Made by a program: the position numbers and the translations under genes. A stretch of 41,589 bases of DNA from Eubacteriales bacterium (GTDB lineage: Bacteria > Bacillota > Clostridia > Oscillospirales > CAG-272): positions 1 through 41,589 of the forward strand of contig JAZQXS010000058.1 in the NCBI GenBank assembly GCA_045633025.1, read 5' to 3'. Shown here piece by piece: positions 33,021-40,044 of this stretch (position 1 is the stretch's first letter; the number at the start of each line of letters is the position of its first letter). The notes under the pieces are model-generated. The model did not search any database and was not told the origin of the DNA. It saw nothing but the letters and a program-made list of their open reading frames with translations.

Positions 33021-33046
33021 AAAAAAGCCCCGCCGTATGGCGAGGC
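33021..33046 (-). terminator. Terminator identical to 32121-32146, upstream of the toxIN promoter
   Basis: Perfect 26-nt direct repeat aaaaaagccccgccgtatggcgaggc, exactly 900 bp from its twin. Confidence 0.7.
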
Positions 33047-33111
33047 ATACAAAAGTATGTTTACACATACTTTTTGTTGAAAATTACTATAAAAAATTCC
33101 CTCAAAAGGTA

Positions 33112-33140
33112 TTGACAAATATCTCTCGGTGTGGTATCAT
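33112..33140 (+). promoter_or_regulatory. Sigma-A promoter TTGACA-17-TGgTATCAT with no downstream ORF
   Basis: -35 at 33112-33117; extended -10 at 33132-33140. Confidence 0.6.
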
Positions 33141-33146
33141 GAAGGC

Positions 33147-33230
33147 GTAGGAGCTACCTGCAACGGTCGCTTCCTCGGTTTTGGTTAAAGATAACCGCAC
33201 TTGGGAAAATGGGGGCGGTTATCTTTTTTT
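33147..33230 (+). ncRNA. Candidate ~85-nt small RNA (promoter-to-terminator unit)
   Basis: Terminator gataaccgc-N16-gcggttatc + ttttttt at 33190-33230. No ATG with an RBS in between. Confidence 0.45.
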
Positions 33231-33294
33231 GTTACCCAGTACCAGTGATACGATTGCGATGACCATCTTTGCGGATTTGTCAATATTTTTTGAC

Positions 33295-33322
33295 AAAAAA
33301 CACCCCGCCTCTCGACGGGGTG
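33295..33322 (-). terminator. Rho-independent terminator of the 66-aa gene
   Basis: Minus strand: caccccg-N8-cggggtg followed by tttttt. Confidence 0.7.
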
Positions 33323-33370
33323 CAGCAAACCTCACGCTCCTCTCCAATATAACGCATATATGAGCAGGCA

Positions 33371-33571
33371 TCAATCCCGCGGCTTCTTCTCGCGGCGGGA
33401 CACGACCCCCACCACGTACCGCAGGATCTCCTCCTCGTCATCCTCTGTCAGCTCCCCCGTGGCCTTGGCCTTGTAGAGCTTGTCCTTCAATCGGGCTCTC
33501 GCCGTGTCGGCTGTGTTCTCGGCTTTGACGGTCTTCTGGTTTCTTTTGGTGTCGCTCATGATTTGTATCAT
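33371..33571 (-). CDS. Small charged protein (66 aa) in a stand-alone transcription unit
   Basis: GGAGG RBS lies 8 nt before ATG 33571; the track start at 33640 falls inside the promoter. Sequence begins MIQIMSDTKRNQKTVKAENTADTARARLKDKLYKAK... Confidence 0.5.
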   Translation of the reverse strand: MIQIMSDTKRNQKTVKAENTADTARARLKDKLYKAKATGELTEDDEEEILRYVVGVVSRREKKPRD

Positions 33572-33611
33572 CCTTTCTGCCTCCGGCTTGGAGTGCCCTC
33601 TTGATGGCATC

Positions 33612-33640
33612 ATTATATACCCCCGCTCCCCTGCCGTCAA
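33612..33640 (-). promoter_or_regulatory. Near-consensus promoter TTGACG-17-TATAAT for the 66-aa gene
   Basis: Minus strand: -35 at 33635-33640, -10 at 33612-33617. Confidence 0.7.
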
Positions 33641-33701
33641 GGACGGCGTTTACCGTTTCCGTAAAAATTATCAGACAACTTTATAAAGGAGATTACCGAA
33701 A

Positions 33702-34109
33702 ATGTACCTCGACAAACTGAATGCCATGAAAAAATCCACCAATACCCGGACAAAGACTCTCGCGGATGCCGTCCATCGGTCAGAACGCACCGTAGGACGT
33801 ATGCTGGCAGGCGAGGCAGGCATCGACATGAGCGAGCTCCAGACCATGGTCTCGGTCATGGGCGGCACGCTGGATGACATTTTTGACGGGTCCGACATGC
33901 GCCTCCCCCGCCCTGAGGTGGAGACACTCAATAAGCAGATTGAGGCTCTGACCGAGGAAATCGGCATCTTAAAAGCAGAAAACGCCATGCTGCGGGACAA
34001 AAACACCGCCCTCGATACAGAAAACGACAAGCTCCGCCTCACCTTGGCGCATAAAGAGGAGCTTCTGACGCTCCACTCCTACTATATGGGACTTCGTAAA
34101 GGTGACTGA
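33702..34109 (+). CDS. HTH plus coiled-coil protein (135 aa) coupled to the integrase (candidate directionality factor or regulator)
   Basis: AAGGAGA RBS. TKTLADAVHRSERTVGRMLAG is HTH-like. Leucine-zipper-like C-terminus. The stop lies 2 nt before the int ATG. Confidence 0.45.
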   Translation: MYLDKLNAMKKSTNTRTKTLADAVHRSERTVGRMLAGEAGIDMSELQTMVSVMGGTLDDIFDGSDMRLPRPEVETLNKQIEALTEEIGILKAENAMLRDKNTALDTENDKLRLTLAHKEELLTLHSYYMGLRKGD

Positions 34110-34111
34110 AT

Positions 34112-35188
34112 ATGCCAAAAAAGCGCAACACAAAGCTCCCCGCCATTAAGCAGCTCCCCAGCGGAGCGTATCACGCATCTGTATACAGCCACACCGATGC
34201 GGACGGCAAGCGGCATTATGAGTCCTTCACCGATTTCGACTACAATGCCGTTCTCCTGGCAGTGGCGCAGTTCAAGGCGGACAAGAAGCAGGACAAGATC
34301 GACCGCGCTACCGGTAAGATCAAGATGACACTGGGGGAGGCCATGGAGAAGTACATGGAATCCAAGTCTGCTGTTCTGTCCCCCGCCACGATCCGCTCCT
34401 ACCGCACTATTATCCGCAACTATCTAAGAGTACTCCAGACTGTCCATGTGGACGAGCTCACCCGAGATCAGGTCCAGGTGGCTATCAATCAAGAGTCCAT
34501 GGCCCACTCCCCTAAAACTGTTCGCAACATTCACGGCTTTCTGACCGCCGTCCTGCAGGTATACCGCCCCGACTTTGTCCTGCACACAACTCTTCCCCAA
34601 AAGAAAAAGCCCTCGATCTCCATCCCCACCGAGGACGAGATCAAGAAGCTCTTTACTATGACCGAGGGAACTGACCTGTATATCCCCGTCCTGCTCGGTG
34701 CGGTTTGCGGTATGCGTCGCGGAGAGATCGGAGCGCTCACGTGGGACAGCATCGACTTCGGAAAAGGCACTATCACCATCGACCAGGCACTCGTGCTTGG
34801 CGAGGATCACGAGTGGATCGAAAAGACCACCAAGACCACAGCCGGTACCCGCACCATCCGTATGATCCCCCTCGTGGCCGGCACCCTTAAAAAAGCCAAG
34901 GAGGAGAGTCCCTCTACTGACGGCTATATCACTATCCGCCCGGACCTTATCAGCAACCGTTTCTACAACCTGATCCGCGAGTCAGATATCCCAAACTACC
35001 GCTTTCACGATCTGCGCCACTATACCGTTTCCGTCATGCTGTCGTTAAATATTCCTCAAAATTATATTGCCGGATTTGTCGGCCACAGCAGCACCAGAAT
35101 GATTGAAACCGTCTACGGCCACCTTATGGCATCAAAAAAGACATCCGTTGAAGACCAAATGCAAGACTATTTCGCCAAGTTTCTGTAA
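34112..35188 (+). CDS. int: Tyrosine recombinase / phage integrase
   Basis: 358 aa. SAM-like N-terminal core-binding region. GMRRGEI (Arg), FHDLRHY (HxxR) and ETVYGHL (catalytic Tyr) motifs. Adjacent to the att site. Confidence 0.9.
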   Translation: MPKKRNTKLPAIKQLPSGAYHASVYSHTDADGKRHYESFTDFDYNAVLLAVAQFKADKKQDKIDRATGKIKMTLGEAMEKYMESKSAVLSPATIRSYRTIIRNYLRVLQTVHVDELTRDQVQVAINQESMAHSPKTVRNIHGFLTAVLQVYRPDFVLHTTLPQKKKPSISIPTEDEIKKLFTMTEGTDLYIPVLLGAVCGMRRGEIGALTWDSIDFGKGTITIDQALVLGEDHEWIEKTTKTTAGTRTIRMIPLVAGTLKKAKEESPSTDGYITIRPDLISNRFYNLIRESDIPNYRFHDLRHYTVSVMLSLNIPQNYIAGFVGHSSTRMIETVYGHLMASKKTSVEDQMQDYFAKFL

Positions 35189-35306
35189 TCCGTTTTGCAT
35201 TTCTGTTTTGCATAAGGTGTATAATAGGGCATACTTTTGTATGCGTAGGCATACAAACACCACTTTTCACCGCCCGTAAAAACCATTGTCACGTATAGAA
35301 AAACAG

Positions 35307-35338
35307 AAAAACCCTTGCATGGCAAGGGTTTTCTCTTT
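35307..35338. terminator. Bidirectional terminator aaaacccttgc-atg-gcaagggtttt between int and the tRNA-derived core
   Basis: On the plus strand it follows int. On the minus strand it sits exactly where a terminator for a reconstituted tRNA gene would lie. Confidence 0.7.
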
Positions 35339-35362
35339 GGAGCGAGTAACGGGAATCGAACC
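35338..35362 (-). other. att core: 3'-terminal 25 nt of a tRNA gene (fragment, not a functional tRNA)
   Basis: Minus strand: GGTTCGATTCCCGTTACTCGCTCCA = T-loop, T-stem 3' strand, acceptor 3' strand, discriminator and CCA. Upstream sequence has no D or anticodon arms. Confidence 0.7.
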
Positions 35363-35457
35363 ATTTAATAATTTCTATTTATCATTGTCGCAAAACGATT
35401 TTTTAAATATTGTTTTGCATTTCGTTTTGCGTATTGCATAATTGCCATTAAAATGCA

Positions 35458-35496
35458 AAACGAACCCCCGCCCTCTATTGAGGATGGGGGTTTTTC
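35458..35496 (-). terminator. Terminator after the last distal gene
   Basis: ccccc...ggggg hairpin followed by ttcgtttt on the minus strand. Confidence 0.55.
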
Positions 35497-35859
35497 TTAC
35501 ACGACCCAGTAACAATCCACAATCTCGTCAGAGCAGTCCCAGATGTCCAGCACCTCCCCGAAGATCGAGCACGTCAGATGGCCGTCCACTCGGATGATTA
35601 GTTTCTCGTCATCACGTCGCCGGGATAGCTCACCGACCGTTTCTTCACGGCGCGGCCGCCATGCCTCCAGCCCGAATATATCCTCCAGTAGACTGTGGTA
35701 ACAACACACGCATAGCGGTTCGCACCTCCTCCGCTCGGCAACGAGGTGTATCAGCTTGTCTGCCGCGCTGTACCGGATCCCTAATGCCGTGCTGATCGCC
35801 CGGCAGACACAGTCCTCTTCTTCACGCTTGTCGGGATTGCTGTTGTAATATCTCCACAT
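35497..35859 (-). CDS. Small Cys/His protein (120 aa), possible papain-like hydrolase
   Basis: TAATG coupling at 35859. The order EDCVCRAIS ... VDGHLTC ... DIWDCS suggests a Cys-His-Asp arrangement. Low confidence. Confidence 0.3.
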   Translation of the reverse strand: MWRYYNSNPDKREEEDCVCRAISTALGIRYSAADKLIHLVAERRRCEPLCVCCYHSLLEDIFGLEAWRPRREETVGELSRRRDDEKLIIRVDGHLTCSIFGEVLDIWDCSDEIVDCYWVV

Positions 35860-36446
35860 TAGTCGCTGTCGGCTATGCAAAAGAAGTACATAGCCAGTTT
35901 TGCGGAGCCGTCGGGCGCGTCCTTATCCTCCAAGAAGGCCTTGGCCATTTTCAAGTAAAAGTCCGCTTCCTTTTCCGGCTCCCTGGAAATATACGGATGA
36001 AGCACCTCGCAGTAGTCCGAATAGAGCATGTTGGCGGCCATGCAGAGATCATCCTCAGTGTACCCCTCCGGCTCATGCCCCATGTGCTTGATCCGCTCAC
36101 GAAGCATGCGCTTCTCAAAGTGCGGCCCGTCTGTGCCGTCCTCGTTTTCGAGGTTCTCAGCCCACCTCTTCATGTCCTCCTTGGGGAGCTTCAGCTTAGT
36201 GCTCTGCCCGTGCCCATGTCGGTCATCGTAGGGCTCGTAGCGGTCGTACCGCTCGTCTCGGCCGTCGTCACGATCACGGACGTATCGGCCGTTTGCTCCC
36301 CTTCTGCTGTCCTCGTGGGCTACGTGATCCATTGCGCGGTCTCTCATGCCGCGTCTGTCTGCATAGTCCGAGTCGTCATCGTATCCACGCCCTCGGGCTC
36401 TATCCATAATGCGATCACGGAGCATTCGCTTTGCCATATCAGTCAT
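35859..36446 (-). CDS. Hypothetical protein (195 aa) with R/D/Y-rich disordered N-half and helical C-half
   Basis: TAAGGAGGTG RBS. Confidence 0.4.
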   Translation of the reverse strand: MTDMAKRMLRDRIMDRARGRGYDDDSDYADRRGMRDRAMDHVAHEDSRRGANGRYVRDRDDGRDERYDRYEPYDDRHGHGQSTKLKLPKEDMKRWAENLENEDGTDGPHFEKRMLRERIKHMGHEPEGYTEDDLCMAANMLYSDYCEVLHPYISREPEKEADFYLKMAKAFLEDKDAPDGSAKLAMYFFCIADSD

Positions 36447-36460
36447 TTGTCATCACCTCC

Positions 36461-36853
36461 TTACGTCGCCGCCGGTATCGTGGCCGTATCCACGACAGGC
36501 GCCAGGTACGGCCCTGCGACCAGTTTAAAGCTTGCGTTTCCGTTTGCGGTGTTGGCTACCAGACGGTAGACACCTCTCGTCCGAATCCGCCCCGCCGTCA
36601 CCTGTGCGCAGTTGTATTTGACGATTGGATACACCGGATCCGTCACGCCTCCGATGCTGATCGCCACGGGCATGCCAATAGTGGCGGTTTCAGGGATCGC
36701 CTGCGCCACGATCAGCTCGATTGCGTCCTTGTTGCGGTACACAGCCGCCGGGATGTCAATGACCAGAGTGTTCACGGTTCCAACCGTTACTACCGATACC
36801 CCAGCGGATACGACCACGCATGGACCCAGGAATCTGCAACAGTTATTATACAT
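36461..36853 (-). CDS. Hypothetical beta-rich protein (130 aa) starting MYNNCC
   Basis: GAAAGGAGGG RBS. Val/Ala/Thr-rich. Confidence 0.4.
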   Translation of the reverse strand: MYNNCCRFLGPCVVVSAGVSVVTVGTVNTLVIDIPAAVYRNKDAIELIVAQAIPETATIGMPVAISIGGVTDPVYPIVKYNCAQVTAGRIRTRGVYRLVANTANGNASFKLVAGPYLAPVVDTATIPAAT

Positions 36854-36907
36854 AGTTTGCCCTCCTTTCTTTTACGGGGGGCTAATGCCCCCCCTTCCGC
36901 AGATTGG

Positions 36908-37606
36908 TTAGCCGCACAGACCGCAAGCGTTACCGCCAAAACCGGGTGCTGCCTGGTAAGGCGAGCAGGTGATGTAGGCGGGACGAGCGATCGGGCGCAG
37001 CTCGCTGAGCAGAGTCGCAGTCTGGGCATTCTGGCTCAGCTGGGCGGTGAGTGCTGCCTTCTCAGCGGTGAGCGTGGCAATCTTGTCGTTGGTCCACAGC
37101 TCGATCAGACGGTTGGTGTTGTCCGCGATGGCCTGACGGGTCTTGCATGCCTCGGTAGCCATGTTGTAATTCACGCCGTCGATGGCGCGGAGATTCTGGC
37201 AGCAACAATCTTTCAAGGCGTAGCCCACGTCCGTGATCGCGCTGCGGGTCTCGTAGCCGTTCTGCAGGATGGATCTCTCCACGCCGGCAAAGCCGTTGAG
37301 CATACCCGTGTTGACGGCGTAGAAGCCATCACAGAGTCCGTTCTCAATGCCATTCAGCTTGTTGTTGATGCCCGCGGTATCAAAGCCGCGCTGTACCTCT
37401 CCGTACACGCCGCCACCCGCTCCGTAGCCGCCGCCGAAGCCGCCAAAACCGCCGAAGCCGTAGCCACCGCCGAACAGAGCCGCCAGCAGGAAGATGGCAA
37501 TCCAGTCGCCGCCAAAGGCGCCAAAGCCTCCGTAGCCGTTGCAGCAGTTGTTGTTCATGCCCTGACCGACGGCAAAGCCCTCGGTAAAGCCGTTCATTTC
37601 ATTCAT
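36908..37606 (-). CDS. Gly/Cys-rich membrane protein (232 aa) with C-terminal coiled coil
   Basis: AAGGAGG RBS. N-terminus GMNNNCCNGYGGFGAFGGDWIAIFLLAALFGGGYGFGGFGGFGGGYG is compositionally like YjcZ-type sporulation peptides. Also contains KDCCCQN and a C-terminal NACGLCG. Confidence 0.4.
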   Translation of the reverse strand: MNEMNGFTEGFAVGQGMNNNCCNGYGGFGAFGGDWIAIFLLAALFGGGYGFGGFGGFGGGYGAGGGVYGEVQRGFDTAGINNKLNGIENGLCDGFYAVNTGMLNGFAGVERSILQNGYETRSAITDVGYALKDCCCQNLRAIDGVNYNMATEACKTRQAIADNTNRLIELWTNDKIATLTAEKAALTAQLSQNAQTATLLSELRPIARPAYITCSPYQAAPGFGGNACGLCG

Positions 37607-37671
37607 AGTAGTTCCTCCTTTTGATTTTGAATTTTATACGCACCGTGCGCCGTACGCTCGCTCGGATAGTA

Positions 37672-37905
37672 TCATCGTCTGTTAATCTGCCCCAGAAACG
37701 CTCCCGGGTTTTGGAAAAATTGCTGAGGGTCTATCCCCATCTGCTGGAGAGCCTGCGCCGCCATCTGCTGGACGTTCTGGCCTTGGATTGCTTGGGCAAA
37801 CTGAGGATTTCTCCTGAGCAGCTCCTGAACGTATGCCTGCGGATTTCCTCCGCTCTGCTGCATCATCATGGCCACCTGCTGCATGATCTGATTACTGTTC
37901 ATCAT
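37672..37905 (-). CDS. Gln/Met-rich small protein (77 aa)
   Basis: ATG 37905 is preferred over GTG 37917 because of the GGGAGG RBS. Sequence begins MMNSNQIMQQVAMMMQQSGGNPQAYVQELL... Confidence 0.35.
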   Translation of the reverse strand: MMNSNQIMQQVAMMMQQSGGNPQAYVQELLRRNPQFAQAIQGQNVQQMAAQALQQMGIDPQQFFQNPGAFLGQINRR

Positions 37906-38284
37906 CGGATGCCGCACCTCCCTTCATCTTTTCTACCGCGGCCTTGAGGTCCTCAAACTCCTTACGGGTCACCATGCCCGTCTGGGCCGCCGCAGGCTGT
38001 ACGTCTACCAGCGTCCGGGTGCGGATGAGCTTGCGGCCCTGTGTGTCGGTATACACCTCATGGATGGCGCTCTCATCCTGCTGGACGTACAGCACGATGG
38101 TGTCCGGCATAGCCTGTCTCGTCAGCGCGTCGTTTGCATCCATAACGTAGATCTTGTTGCTTCGGATCTGATTCTGCGCGGGGGCCGGGGCCGGCTGGCT
38201 GAACCCGCCAAAGCTCTGATTCCCGCCAAACCCCTGACCACTTCCAAGGTTCGGAACGTAGGTTGGTGTATAATTGTTAAACAT
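37892..38284 (-). CDS. Hypothetical protein (130 aa) with G/Q/N-rich N-terminus
   Basis: AGGAG RBS lies 8 nt before ATG 38284. Sequence begins MFNNYTPTYVPNLGSGQGFGGNQSFGGFSQPAPAPAQNQ... Confidence 0.4.
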   Translation of the reverse strand: MFNNYTPTYVPNLGSGQGFGGNQSFGGFSQPAPAPAQNQIRSNKIYVMDANDALTRQAMPDTIVLYVQQDESAIHEVYTDTQGRKLIRTRTLVDVQPAAAQTGMVTRKEFEDLKAAVEKMKGGAASDDEQ

Positions 38285-38343
38285 ATCATCACTCCTGTCG
38301 TGTGGGGGTACGGCTCTCTCACCGTCCACCTACATTGTACAAC

Positions 38344-38382
38344 AAAAGCGCCACAAACCCCTGTCAGGTTCGTGGCGCTTTT
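38344..38382. terminator. Bidirectional terminator aaaagcgccac-N17-gtggcgctttt
   Basis: Follows the stop of the 38435 gene. A tandem 11-mer tatgcgttatt x2 lies at 38384-38405. Confidence 0.65.
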
Positions 38383-38434
38383 ATGCGTTATTTATGCGTT
38401 ATTTGGACATCGGAAACCCTCGGCGCGGTCGTGT

Positions 38435-38677
38435 TCACGCCAACCCGAGCTCTCGCAACGCGGCCTTTACCTTGTCTATCACGATCTTTTTTTCTGCGTG
38501 ATAGCGGTGCGGGTCCAGCCTCAGATGCAGTGCGATCCCCTCGTTGTTGTAGGTCTCCTTGCAAAGCTCTATAAAAATATCAGCCTGCATGGGCGTGAAG
38601 TTCGCGGTATCCAGCACTCTCTGCATCAACGACTTCGTCGTGATGACCGTGCTCACCCGAAACTTCTCTATGCTCAA
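38435..38677 (-). CDS. Small sigma-region-4/LuxR-like HTH protein (start uncertain)
   Basis: FTPMQADIFIELCKETYNNEGIALHLRLDPHRYHAEKKIVIDKVKAAL resembles a sigma-70 region 4 HTH. The TTG start at 38677 has an RBS too close. An alternative ATG at 38587 overlaps the upstream stop. Confidence 0.4.
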   Translation of the reverse strand: MSIEKFRVSTVITTKSLMQRVLDTANFTPMQADIFIELCKETYNNEGIALHLRLDPHRYHAEKKIVIDKVKAALRELGLA

Positions 38678-39599
38678 TCTCCCCTTTCTTCAAAAAAACA
38701 TGAATATGTCTCGTCTTCTTCGTAAGCCGCTGGGAGTAATCCCCCACCATGAAGCTCATGGTGGACATGTACTGCATAGCCCCCGCCACCAGGAAGAAGA
38801 CCGTCTGAAAGATACGGGTCACCAGCACCACCGCCGAGAAGTCCGCGATCACGTCGGCGCAGTAGTAGCCCAGGATCAGGGAGATCACGATCTTGGATAC
38901 CATGTTCTTCCCCGCTACCTTCTTCATGTACTCGGCAATTCCCTGCCCCATGTAGAAGGGGTCGTCGCTGTGGCCGCCCTCTCCCGTCAGCTCTCCCGCG
39001 GAGATCTCGGTCAGCTTCAGACAGACCGCCTTGGAGTATACCTTGTTCTGCCGCCTTGCCCGCTTTCGCCGCGCGATCCACAGGCGCAGTCCCGTGCTCG
39101 GAAGAGCTTTGAGACTCGGGAGTCGGATGGAGACCTCCTTGGGGCTTCCGTCGTCGTTGAAGCATGTGTCGTAGGACAGCCCCTCCGTGGACAGGATCCT
39201 CGTCCGCTGGGCCTTGTAGTTCTTGCGGTTCTCCTCCCGGCAATGCTCGTCCAGCGAGTCGATCAGGCTGCCGTCGAAGATCCTGTCTACCGCGTCGTCG
39301 TACTTCTTTCGCGGCTCGGTGACCTCCGGCTTGATCAGGCCATCCCGCACCGCCTTGTTGTTGAACAGGGTGTTGATGCTCATGGAGGCCGCGAAGGCGA
39401 GGATACTGCCCATGATGATGTCGTACAGGCTCATGCCCGTCTTGCTCGGCTGCAGGATGGCCGTGGAGGCGAAGATCAGGCACACGCCCAGAATGGTGAT
39501 GTTGGAAAAATTGAGGGCAAAGATCTTGCGCAGGCTTTCCATGCGTCGGCTCTCGCCCGCGGTCTCCGCGCCTACGCCAAAGGTCTCCAGCTTATCCAT
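38580..39599 (-). CDS. Polytopic membrane protein (339 aa)
   Basis: Two N-terminal and two or three C-terminal hydrophobic helices flank a charged central domain. The last ~33 codons overlap the HTH gene. Confidence 0.45.
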   Translation of the reverse strand: MDKLETFGVGAETAGESRRMESLRKIFALNFSNITILGVCLIFASTAILQPSKTGMSLYDIIMGSILAFAASMSINTLFNNKAVRDGLIKPEVTEPRKKYDDAVDRIFDGSLIDSLDEHCREENRKNYKAQRTRILSTEGLSYDTCFNDDGSPKEVSIRLPSLKALPSTGLRLWIARRKRARRQNKVYSKAVCLKLTEISAGELTGEGGHSDDPFYMGQGIAEYMKKVAGKNMVSKIVISLILGYYCADVIADFSAVVLVTRIFQTVFFLVAGAMQYMSTMSFMVGDYSQRLTKKTRHIHVFLKKGEIEHREVSGEHGHHDEVVDAESAGYRELHAHAG

Positions 39600-40044
39600 C
39601 TGTCTCCTCCTTCTTGGCCGTCGGGTTTACTACGTTGGCCACCGCATCCATGCCCCACCCCGCCGCGCAGCTTCCCGCCGTACCGAACAGCATGGTCTTC
39701 ACGTCACCGATCAGCGGGTACAGATATTCCACTCCGACGCATACGCCGAACATGACGCCGCACAGGATCAGGAGCATCAGGTACGGGCCCTTGACCTTTC
39801 CCAGAAGGGTCAGAAGCGGCTTTGCCAGCGTATGGAACTTGGACAGCAGCACGGCGGCCAGAATGACCACGCCGATCACGCCCGCACCCGTAAGGGCTAC
39901 GCCCGCCTCCTGCTCCCGAAACCACTTGGGTGCCAGCTCTCTGAGCATCAGGAGGGGCACCCCCGCCGCCACAGCGGCAGAGGTTACCCGAAGCGACCCG
40001 CCCGCGATCTTACGCTTGGTCGTCGCCTTCATTGGCAACGTCAC
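39592..40044 (-). CDS. Four-helix membrane protein (150 aa), holin-like by position only
   Basis: Hydrophobic segments AAVAAGVPLLML, GVIGVVILAAVLL, YLMLLILCGVMFGVCVGV and FGTAGSCAAGWG. Confidence 0.4.
   Translation of the reverse strand: MTLPMKATTKRKIAGGSLRVTSAAVAAGVPLLMLRELAPKWFREQEAGVALTGAGVIGVVILAAVLLSKFHTLAKPLLTLLGKVKGPYLMLLILCGVMFGVCVGVEYLYPLIGDVKTMLFGTAGSCAAGWGMDAVANVVNPTAKKEETDG

Larger units (their letters stand above)
35189..35496. other. attP-like region with candidate arm-type sites GTTTTGC(A/G) on both sides of the core
   Basis: Sites at 35192-99, 35205-12, 35412-19 and 35424-31 (forward) and 35389-96 and 35454-61 (reverse). Doublet gttttgcatttc(t)gttttgc is present on both flanks. 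AT-rich. Confidence 0.55.

Noticed and set aside
32880-33068. 62-aa minus-strand ORF between toxIN and the sRNA unit
   Set aside because: It spans two terminator hairpins and the toxIN promoter, has no RBS, and has an implausible composition.
33209-33262. 17-aa hydrophobic peptide (MGAVIFFCYPVPVIRLR) as a type I toxin
   Set aside because: Its ATG lies in the loop of the sRNA terminator and the ORF runs through the terminator T-tract. Any RBS would be sequestered. Most likely fortuitous.
35338-35420. A complete tRNA gene at the att site
   Set aside because: Only the T-loop, the 3' T-stem and the acceptor 3' strand plus CCA are present. Upstream sequence is AT-rich with no D arm, anticodon arm or matching 5' acceptor strand.
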